DNA of 64,000 nucleotides from an uncultured Thermoleophilia bacterium (GTDB lineage Bacteria; Actinomycetota; Thermoleophilia; Gaiellales; Gaiellaceae): NCBI GenBank assembly GCA_963797645.1, contig CAWCQC010000016.1, positions 14,172 to 78,171 of the forward strand, read 5' to 3'. Shown piece by piece: positions 56,890 to 64,000 of this stretch (position 1 is its first letter; each line of letters starts with the position of its first letter). The notes under the pieces were generated by a model. It saw only the letters and a program-made list of their open reading frames with translations, ran no database searches and was not told where the DNA came from. The position numbers and the translations under genes were made by a program.

Positions 56890-58222
56890 ATGATGCCGGG
56901 GCAGGACGAAGGGTCGCCACCCCAGATCCGCTGGACGGCGCAGCTCCGGAAGGGCCCGGGACGCGGAGCTCGCTCCGCTCGCGGCTGAAGAGGCGACCGC
57001 TCGTCCACCGGAGGAGCGCCTGATTTGGACACTCGGGCTCGGAGCGCTCGGCCTTGCCTGGCCCACGGCGACCGTCGCTGCCTACCTTCCGTCCGTTCTC
57101 AGCGAGTTCACGACATCGGACGCGATCATCGGCCTGATCCTGGCGACCGAGGGCGTGTTCGCTCTTACGCTTCCGCTCATCGTCGGCCCGCTGAGCGACG
57201 CGACCGTGACTCCCTGGGGTCGTCGCCGTCCCTACCTGTTGATCGCTGTGCCCCCTATGGCGATAGCGGTCGCGCTCCTGGGCTCCTTGCCTTCGCTCGC
57301 GGTGACCACTGCTGCACTGCTGATCTTCTTTTTCGGGAACTACCTCTATGAGCCGCCCTGGCGCGGGCTCTATGCCGACCTCTTGCCTCCTCACGTAGCG
57401 GGTCGCGCCCAAGGCGCTTCACACGTGCTTCGCGGCGTTGCCATGGCCGGCGCACTGGTCGGAGGGGGCATCGCCCTCGCCGCCTGGCAGCCGCTGCCAT
57501 TCGTGGTCGGCGGCCTCGTCACAGCGACGGCGTGCCTGCTTGTCCCTGTTCTCGTTCGTGAGACCTCGATCCGTCGGCGTCCGAGCCGGCGTCTGCGCGC
57601 ACGCTTCGCGATCCCGCTGCGAATCATCCGCCGCGACCAAGCAGTTCGTCGGTTCCTGATCGTGAACACAGCGTGGGAGACCACGTTCGCCGGTATGCGT
57701 ACCTTCGTCGTCCTCTACATCACTGTCGGCTTGGATCAGCCGCTCTATGTCTCCTCGGCCGTCCTGGCACTCGTCACTGTCGGATACGTGATCGCCGCCG
57801 CCCTCCTTGGCCCGTTCGTCGATCGTCTCGGTCTCGGCCGTACGCTCTTCTGGGTGTCCCTCGCCTACGGTCTCGGGCTGCTCATCCCCGTCTTCGCGAC
57901 CACCTGGCATTCGTGGTACTACGTCGTGGTCGGGATCGTGGCTATCGCCGGAGGCTCGGTCATGACGCTTGCTTGGGGACTTCTCTTCAAGCTCATGCCC
58001 GACCACGATCAGGGAGCGACGTCGAGCCTGGCGATCGTGACGAGAGGGATCGGCCTTCTTGCAGGACCTCCGATCGTGGGTCTCGCGATCGACCTCAGTG
58101 AATCAGCGTTGGAGGCGACGGATGGCTACGCGGCCATGTGGGTGGTGGTGGCCCTACCCGTGCTGCTCGTCACGCCACTCCTCAGGCGTCTCGCCGATGA
58201 CGAGGACGGAGCCCGCACGTGA
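56890..58222 (+). pseudogene. MFS transporter, one apparent frameshift near the 5' end (~56950)
   Basis: ATGATG 56890 opens a short frame. The transmembrane-rich body (LIWTLGLGALGLAWPTATVAAYLPSVLSEFT...LIVGPLSDATVTPWGRRRPYLL...) is in another frame that has no start codon before GTG 57155. Confidence 0.7.
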
Positions 58223-58258
58223 CGCCGGCCTGCGGAAAACTCCTGAGCGAGATCGGCA

Positions 58259-59584
58259 TCACCCACGATGCAACACGGTATTCGCGACAGAGACCAGGAA
58301 GCGTTCCAGGTCGTACAGCGCCGCCTTGGCAGCAGGGTTGGCGAGCGGCGGGTACATCAGATCGAAGGCGTGCTCGGTCCAGATGTACTCGACGTAGACG
58401 ACCGGGACGCAGGCTGCCTCCAGTGATCGGTGCAGCCGTCGGGCAGCTTCGAGCGGTACCACCGCGTCATGGGTTCCCTGGAACATGAGCGTCGGCGGGC
58501 AGGCTGGATTCACGTGGTGGATCGGCGACGCCAGGTCATACATCGCTCTGGCGGATTCGTCAGGCTCGACGCCCAGCAGGTTCCGGACCAGCTGGCGCAC
58601 GGGCGGTGCGGGCGGGGATTGCGTGGCGGTCAGCGGTCGCCCCATCATCAAGATGTTGAGGTGGTTGGCGACCTTGCCGGGCTCCTTCCTATCCCAGACC
58701 TGGGGCGATGGGGTTGCAGCCTGTTGTTCAAGCCACCGCTCGACGGCGGATGCCATCTCCGGGATGCCGTACCAGGAGACCACCGCCATCACCGACGTAT
58801 CCGCGCCATGCAGCTCCTCCGGGACCAGCTTGGGCTCGTGCGGCGCGTAGGCGGCCAGGAGCGCGATGTGGGCGCCGGACGACCCGCCCATCACGACCAC
58901 CCGCCTGGGATCGATCCCGTAGTGCTCGGCATTCGCCTTGATCCAGGCAACCGCGCGATGCACGTCGCCCACCATGCCGATCACGTCCGTCTCGGGGCAG
59001 CTCCGGTGCGCGGCGTCCATGACGACGTGGCCCTGTGCGGTGAGCTGTCGGAAGAGTGGGCGCGTGAGGACGTCCTTGTCGAAGAAGTGCCACGAGCCGC
59101 CGTACAGGTAGACGATGGCCGTGCCGGTACGCTCGACGCTCGCCGCCGGCTCCCAGATGTCCGCTAGGAGCTGGCGGTCGGTGCCGGGGATGGTCCAGAA
59201 GGGCACTTCGCGCGTCCAGCGTGGCGCCGGCACGCGGGGCAGGCGCATCGACCGGCGATGCTGGAGCATCCGCCGCTCGGCGTCGGGACGGATCGGCTGC
59301 TTCCAGTCCGGCCCGAACGCCCGCTCGTGACCATCGTGGGAGGTGGTCACCCGGGTGATGTAGTACGTTCCGACGGTTGCGCCGAGTACGCCGGTGATCA
59401 TGGCGAATCGTGAGCGGTGCATGGCGCCGAGGGCGGCTGTGAGTGCCCCGAGGACGGTCAGCGCGGGCGTCTGCGCGGTAGCTGTCGACTTGCCAATGAA
59501 GCCCTGATAACTGTTGACCGGGCGCACCACCAGCGCGGACAGAATGGCTGAGAGCACACCGAGGAACGCGGCGAGACGTTTCAT
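58259..59584 (-). CDS. membrane-anchored alpha/beta hydrolase (esterase/lipase, fold-3 type)
   Basis: N-terminal transmembrane segments, VYLYGGSW oxyanion motif, VVVMGGSSGAHIAL nucleophile and GTHDAVVP. Intact 441 aa. Confidence 0.85.
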   Translation of the reverse strand: MKRLAAFLGVLSAILSALVVRPVNSYQGFIGKSTATAQTPALTVLGALTAALGAMHRSRFAMITGVLGATVGTYYITRVTTSHDGHERAFGPDWKQPIRPDAERRMLQHRRSMRLPRVPAPRWTREVPFWTIPGTDRQLLADIWEPAASVERTGTAIVYLYGGSWHFFDKDVLTRPLFRQLTAQGHVVMDAAHRSCPETDVIGMVGDVHRAVAWIKANAEHYGIDPRRVVVMGGSSGAHIALLAAYAPHEPKLVPEELHGADTSVMAVVSWYGIPEMASAVERWLEQQAATPSPQVWDRKEPGKVANHLNILMMGRPLTATQSPPAPPVRQLVRNLLGVEPDESARAMYDLASPIHHVNPACPPTLMFQGTHDAVVPLEAARRLHRSLEAACVPVVYVEYIWTEHAFDLMYPPLANPAAKAALYDLERFLVSVANTVLHRG

Positions 59585-59661
59585 GGGAGCGTCCTTTCAC
59601 AATTCCGCGCCGTCTTGCCCAAAAGGGACGCTACATACCTTTCTCGTGCGACGCATCGCTT

Positions 59662-60285
59662 GTGTTTGACCCCGTTGCACGGGCCACATATGGTCAACGC
59701 GGATTGGCTGAGCGGCGGTCGTCGGCATTTCGTGACTTCGCGCAGTGCGCAAAGGCATGGGGCGATCTAACGACCAAGGGACAGCTCACGTCGCCCAAGG
59801 AGTGGGTCGGGGTGGAGCTTCAGTTCCAGGACGGCACGTCTCCCTTCGTTTTCCGCGAGACGGCACGGCGGGCAGCAACCACCGACGACCCGTCGGTGAT
59901 CGTGATTCAGTTCCGCCTCGCGTTCCTTGGCAGTAACCCGACCCTGCACGCGGCCTTCCGCCGTGAATGCGTCCTGCACACCCCGTTATTTGCCGGGTTT
60001 CCGGGATTCCGCTCGAAACCATGGGCCGATGACGTTCGCACCGGTGTCTATGCGGGCATCTACGAATGGCAGGGCGCAGACCGCGCCCGCCACTACGCCG
60101 AGCGCATGGTGGCTCTGCTGGCTCCGTTCTCTACCCCTGGCACGGCCCGCTACCACGTGATCGAAGACCGTCACCGAGACGACTTCCTGTCGGATCGGCG
60201 CGAAACACCGGAGAGCGGCGCGAGCGCTTGGTGGGAGCTTTCTGACGCCCCGTCAAGAAAGCGGCGTCTGCCCGTAAGACGCTAG
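59662..60285 (+). CDS. hypothetical protein (207 aa)
   Basis: Protein-like translation (VIVIQFRLAFLGSNPTLHAAFRRECVLHTPLFAGFPGFRSKPWADDVRTGVYAGIYEWQGADRARHYAERMV). Family not recognised. Confidence 0.6.
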   Translation: MFDPVARATYGQRGLAERRSSAFRDFAQCAKAWGDLTTKGQLTSPKEWVGVELQFQDGTSPFVFRETARRAATTDDPSVIVIQFRLAFLGSNPTLHAAFRRECVLHTPLFAGFPGFRSKPWADDVRTGVYAGIYEWQGADRARHYAERMVALLAPFSTPGTARYHVIEDRHRDDFLSDRRETPESGASAWWELSDAPSRKRRLPVRR

Positions 60286-60506
60286 CCGCTCCGGCAGAAA
60301 CCAACCACTTAGGGCCTCAACTCCGCTCGGCAGCCACGGCGGCGGAGCTGCCTTAGCGGCCGAGCCGCCGAATGTTTGGTGCCGTTCGTCCCTGCGGTCA
60401 ATGTAAGGCCCGCAGCGGCCGGAACCGGCTGACCTCAGTAGATCGCCGCAGCGAAATCAGCGCGAGCCCTGATGCGGCCCATTGCCCCGGTTGCGATCCT
60501 CCGGGC

Positions 60507-60782
60507 ATGAAGACCTACGAGTACAAGTTCGTCCGCATCGGAGAGTATCGCGGGTCGGCGTTGTTCGGGGTCCAGGACAAGGCGCGGGAGGGCTACGAGA
60601 AGGTGGTGCGCCAGCACGCGCAGAACGGCTGGCGGCTCGTGCAGATCTTCGCCCCAGGCATCGCCGCGTTCGGGGCCGCGAAGTACTACGAGATGATCTT
60701 CGAACGAGAGAGCGGCGGCGCGGCGACCGCCCCAGGCGCAACGCGTGCGGCGGGTGCGCCTGCCACGCCACGCTCGCGTTGA
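60507..60782 (+). CDS. DUF4177-like small protein
   Basis: MKTYEYKFVRIGEY...GWRLVQIFAPG..YYEMIFERE matches the pattern I associate with DUF4177. Confidence 0.6.
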   Translation: MKTYEYKFVRIGEYRGSALFGVQDKAREGYEKVVRQHAQNGWRLVQIFAPGIAAFGAAKYYEMIFERESGGAATAPGATRAAGAPATPRSR

Positions 60783-60886
60783 CAGATCGTTGACACGCGA
60801 CGCAGGAATCGGTTCGAATCTTTGGCGGCGCTAGTTCGGTGTGGGATTCTTGGGTGGCCCTCGAGGACGAGACGAAAGGAGCGGAG

Positions 60887-61495
60887 GTGAGTGCACGAAA
60901 ACTGCTGGAGTGGGGCGGCGTCGCCGCGGGTGTGGTGCTGATCGCGTTCGGGATTGCTTCGCTCGTCCTTGCAATCGGTGGCCACAACGAGGTTCGCTCG
61001 CAGCTCACGCAGGAGAAGATCGTCGGCTCGCCGGACATGACGCCGGAGGCGATCTCACAGGAGGCGCAAGACGCAGGCCTCCCGGCTAGCGTCGACCTGC
61101 CGAGTTGCAGCGTCGCTAACGAGGAAATCGACACGGGCTCGGAGGCCAAGTGCTTTGCGAGCTACATGCGCGTCCACGCGCTCGAGTCGACGGACGGACT
61201 GACGTACGCCGAGATGGGCCGGTATCAGTCGGCCGCGAACCCCGAAGACGCGAAGGGCACCAACGACGAAGCCGCCGCGGCGAAGGACGAGAACGGCCAG
61301 CCGATCTCGAACGGCGCCCGGAACACCTGGGTGACCGAGACGGCACTGGCGACAGCGCTCAACGTGTCCTTCCTGGCCGAGAGCACTGCACTCTTCGGAA
61401 TCGTGGTCGCGGTCGCACTCCTCCTCTCGGGCATCGGCTTCATCATCCTTTCCTTGGGTGGCGCGCTTCGGCGCACCAGACACCAAGAGCCCTAG
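60887..61495 (+). CDS. bitopic membrane protein with N- and C-terminal transmembrane helices
   Basis: AAAGGAGCGGAG precedes GTG 60887. WGGVAAGVVLIAFGIASLVLAI and LFGIVVAVALLLSGIGFIILSLGG flank an acidic soluble domain. Confidence 0.7.
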   Translation: MSARKLLEWGGVAAGVVLIAFGIASLVLAIGGHNEVRSQLTQEKIVGSPDMTPEAISQEAQDAGLPASVDLPSCSVANEEIDTGSEAKCFASYMRVHALESTDGLTYAEMGRYQSAANPEDAKGTNDEAAAAKDENGQPISNGARNTWVTETALATALNVSFLAESTALFGIVVAVALLLSGIGFIILSLGGALRRTRHQEP

Positions 61496-61779
61496 ACCGG
61501 GTGGTTCTCGTGGAGCTCTTCTGACCCGATGTTGCGGGAGCAGTTTTCGTCGGCTGCCTGGGCTTTCGACCCCGCGGCCTTCCCCCGCCGCTCCGCGGAA
61601 CTCGACCGGGTGCTCCCGTGCTAGGAAGTAGCGGACGCTTTGTGGAGCTTCTTCGCGATCAGCTGCCACTCACACCGCTACAGGCCTTTCCCACGAAGCC
61701 GTGTCTGGAGCGGATTGGCTCTCCTGCGGCGCTTTCCCTCGATGCGCCTGATATGCAAGAAGCCCTGCAAACCGAGGGT

Positions 61780-61803
61780 TCGTGACTCACGTCGTGACTC
61801 ACG
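61780..61803. repeat. perfect tandem duplication of TCGTGACTCACG (2 x 12 nt)
   Basis: Read directly. Each unit contains the palindrome CGTGA-C-TCACG. It lies 29 nt beyond the stop (61832) of the hydrolase gene. Confidence 0.9.
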
Positions 61804-61831
61804 CCGACGCACCTACTCGTCGGCCTGCCGT

Positions 61832-62662
61832 TCACGACCGACTGACTTCGCGCAGGAACGGCCGTATCGTCTCGGCGAGTTCCCTGGGGCGGTCGTGGTA
61901 GGCCCCGTGCGCGCCCGGCGTGGTCACTACATCTGCGCCGAGTCGCTTGCTGAGCCGCCCGGCGACCTCGGCGAAGAAGTCGTGGCTGTCCGCGCTCACG
62001 ACCAGCACCACGGGGACGGCGATGGCGGCTAGCGCCTGGTCATCCGGCATGGACCTCTCATAGGTGCCGAGCTCGACGTCGAAGAGAGTGCTGGCGCTGG
62101 CACAGATCCGTTCCCGGAGTGCGGGGGAAAGCTGTGTCCACGCGTCGTCTCCGCAGATGTATTGCCAGAACCGCTCCACCGCCAAGTGATGTCCGCCTTC
62201 GGCCATCGACTGCCGGACGACTCCTTGCAGTGGGGCTCGGACCACGTCGAAGTCGTCGAGGACCGCGTACACCCCTGGTTCGTGCAGGACGGCACCGCGC
62301 ACCATCGCGGGGTGGCGGGTCAACATCCAGAGCGCGAAGTTCCCACCGCTGCTCGTTCCGAAGACCGCCAGCGGGCCGACCGCCAACGAATCGACCAGGG
62401 CCGCCGCATCATCGGCCTGCTCCACGGCCGACGTCGTCGTCCACATTGCCGGAGCCGGACTCCGGCCGTTCCCACGCCGGTCGTAAGTGATGACCGTGAA
62501 CTCGGCGGCCAGGAGATCGGCGAGCGTGTCGAAATGACCGCCGTCGCCGGTCGCCCCCATGATCAAAAGAACAGGCGGACCGCTGCCGCGGACCTCGTGG
62601 TAGATCTCGGCACCGTTGACGCTGACCATCGGCATCGCAAAGCTCGCTGGGATCTTAGACAT
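61832..62662 (-). CDS. alpha/beta-fold hydrolase
   Basis: PPVLLIMGATGDGGHF and nucleophile VFGTSSGGNFAL. Met 62662 is chosen because the upstream 37 codons are Arg/Pro-rich. Confidence 0.85.
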   Translation of the reverse strand: MSKIPASFAMPMVSVNGAEIYHEVRGSGPPVLLIMGATGDGGHFDTLADLLAAEFTVITYDRRGNGRSPAPAMWTTTSAVEQADDAAALVDSLAVGPLAVFGTSSGGNFALWMLTRHPAMVRGAVLHEPGVYAVLDDFDVVRAPLQGVVRQSMAEGGHHLAVERFWQYICGDDAWTQLSPALRERICASASTLFDVELGTYERSMPDDQALAAIAVPVVLVVSADSHDFFAEVAGRLSKRLGADVVTTPGAHGAYHDRPRELAETIRPFLREVSRS

Positions 62663-62765
62663 GCCGCTCCCCCGCGACGTCGCAAACGTCCGGGGGCGTG
62701 GCGGCGGGGGAGTAGCCCCGCCACGAGGGCATCGTGACGGCCCTCGACGTGCGCTGCGACGGTCC

Positions 62766-62804
62766 TGAGTCACGGACCGTTCGTGACTCAGATTCGTGAC
62801 TCAG
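62766..62804. repeat. three copies of the CGTGACTCA core (one inverted, two direct TTCGTGACTCAG units)
   Basis: TGAGTCACG at 62766-62774, TTCGTGACTCAG at 62780-62791 and at 62793-62804. They lie about 100-140 nt upstream of the hydrolase start. Confidence 0.9.
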
Positions 62805-62944
62805 CGGCCCCGAAACAGCTCGTCTGCGAATCCGTGCGGCTCTGCGGCTCCGACGCTCGGAACATCGCGCAACGTCTGTGCTGAAGCGAGATACGGGCCC
62901 CGTCTGGTCCCATCTGGCCCGACGTGACCTAAACGGCGTTGCTA

Positions 62945-63017
62945 TGCGCCTGGCAGGATTCGAACCTGCGACCAACGGCTTAGAAGGCCGTCGCTCTGTC
63001 CACTGAGCTACAGGCGC
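62945..63017 (-). tRNA. tRNA-Arg (anticodon UCU)
   Basis: The reverse complement folds as GCGCCTG/TA/GCTC-AGTGGACA-GAGC/G/ACGGC-CTTCTAA-GCCGT/TGGTC/GCAGG-TTCGAAT-CCTGC/CAGGCGC/A. No encoded CCA. Confidence 0.95.
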
Positions 63018-63084
63018 CCGCGCCGAGCGTAGCACCGCGCCTCCGGGGCTTTCGCTTCGGTCTCGGCTATCGTGAGTCCGTCAC

Positions 63085-63158
63085 GGTGGCCGTAGCTCAG
63101 TTGGTAGAGCCCCGGGTTGTGGTCCCGGTGGTCGAGGGTTCGAGTCCCTCCGGTCACC
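63085..63158 (+). tRNA. tRNA-His (anticodon GUG) with encoded G-1
   Basis: G-1, then GTGGCCG/TA/GCTC-AGTTGGTA-GAGC/C/CCGGG-TTGTGGT-CCCGG/TGGTC/GAGGG-TTCGAGT-CCCTC/CGGTCAC/C. G-1 pairs with C73 as expected for His. Confidence 0.95.
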
Positions 63159-63606
63159 CCTCGAGCGGCGCGGCCAGGAGCTCGGCGAGCGCCGTTCTGC
63201 GGTAGGCGAAGATCCGCGCGAGGTCACGCTCGACGAGCAGCCTGTTCACGAGCCTGCCTCCGGGGACGGCGTAGTCGACCCGGTCGCACACGAGCGTGGC
63301 GCCGTTCTCCTCGACGAAGGTGTGCTCGTGAATCCAGCGGCGGTACGGGCCCCGGCGTTGCTCGTCGACGAAGCGGTACGGAGGCTCCCACTCGGTTATC
63401 TCGCTCGTCCACCGGACAGGCAGGCCGCGGAGCCGGAGCGTGTAGTCGATCAGAGCGCCCTGTCGCATGTCTACCGGTGGCGGCGTAAGGATTCGGAAGC
63501 GAAGCCACGGCGGCGTGATCGCCTCGAGGTTGTGGGCGTTGGCGAAGAAGCGAAATACCTCCTCGCGCGGAAGCGGGAACGACTGCTCGACCTCGAGCAC
63601 CGGCAT
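63154..63606 (-). CDS. SRPBCC (cyclase/dehydrase-like) family protein
   Basis: MPVLEVEQSFPLPREEVFRFFANAHNLEAITPPWLRFRILT...WIHEHTFVEENGATLVCDRVDYAVPGG. The stop codon lies inside the 3' end of tRNA-His on the other strand. Confidence 0.8.
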   Translation of the reverse strand: MPVLEVEQSFPLPREEVFRFFANAHNLEAITPPWLRFRILTPPPVDMRQGALIDYTLRLRGLPVRWTSEITEWEPPYRFVDEQRRGPYRRWIHEHTFVEENGATLVCDRVDYAVPGGRLVNRLLVERDLARIFAYRRTALAELLAAPLEG

Positions 63607-63729
63607 CAGGGCGCGAGCAGGATGATGTCGGCCGCCACCGTCTCCCAGCCTAACGCTTGACGAGGGATGATCGATCATCGATGATCGCGCGTTCGGAAGA
63701 CCGTCACCCGGCTCGAGAGGAGGAGCGAC

Positions 63730-64000
63730 ATGACGCCTGATGAGGAGGTTCTCGGCAGCTTCCACGGCTCTGACGAGTTTCCGATCGAGTGGGCCGAGGG
63801 GGAGAGAGAGCTCCTCTGGATCCTCGACGACCTTCACTGCCCCAACCCCGTGTCGCCGATGTTCTTCGACATCGGCGGCTGGTGGCTGACGTGCGACCAC
63901 ATGTTCCGACGGTTCGCAACCCCGTTCGCCAGCGACTGGATCATGAAGAGGATCAACGGGTACGCCTACATGGCGGCGATCCCGGCTGATCCAGGCCTCG
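63730..64000 (+). CDS. 5' part of a gene running off the window; possibly a PEP-utilising / pyruvate-water-dikinase-like enzyme
   Basis: AGAGGAGGAGCGAC precedes ATG 63730. MTPDEEVLGSFHGSDEFPIEWAEGERELLWILDDLHCPNPVSPMFFDIGGWWLTCDHMF... is open to the window end. The family call is tentative. Confidence 0.6.
   Translation, partial: MTPDEEVLGSFHGSDEFPIEWAEGERELLWILDDLHCPNPVSPMFFDIGGWWLTCDHMFRRFATPFASDWIMKRINGYAYMAAIPADPGL

Noticed and set aside
62655-63488. ORFs 62655..63035 (-) and 63117..63488 (+)
   Set aside because: They overlap the tRNA-Arg and tRNA-His genes and the antisense of the SRPBCC gene. The translations are Arg/Pro-rich.

Overview
High-G+C bacterial chromosomal DNA (about 70% by eye), probably Actinomycetota: frequent GTG starts, GGAGG-type ribosome-binding sites and many 1-4 nt stop/start overlaps. 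I saw no rRNA, CRISPR array, transposase or integrase. Two tRNAs (Arg-UCU, His-GUG) lie at 62.9-63.2 kb. The main candidate for a novel system is a translationally coupled six-gene operon at 7.4-21.1 kb on the + strand (about 13.7 kb). It starts with a PhoD-like metallophosphatase, followed by five large proteins (317 to 1286 aa) in which I recognise no catalytic, ATPase, transmembrane or secretion motifs. The rest is accessory metabolism and stress genes. These include alpha/beta hydrolases, methyltransferases and an aerobic molybdenum-hydroxylase (CoxMSL-type) operon with cyclase, GntR-family regulator and Zn-dehydrogenase genes. A hypoxia/dormancy-like block carries a NarL-type response regulator, a GAF-GAF histidine kinase, a universal stress protein, a P1B ATPase, a GNAT/ADP-forming acyl-CoA synthetase and a formate/nitrite transporter. 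There is also a PiT/DUF47 phosphate module and flavodoxin-like, SRPBCC, dienelactone hydrolase and MFS genes. About 15 genes need one or more frame changes to be read (roughly 35 by hand count), and these cluster in blocks while the giant operon and several long genes stay intact. Other oddities are a T18-A84 homopolymer junction at 1973-2074, a 76-nt near-identical repeat pair bracketing the PiT module, CGTGACTCA motif arrays around a hydrolase gene next to the tRNAs, and a patch of gene fragments at 53.4-54.2 kb. All family calls rest on motifs read by eye from the translations; no searches were run.
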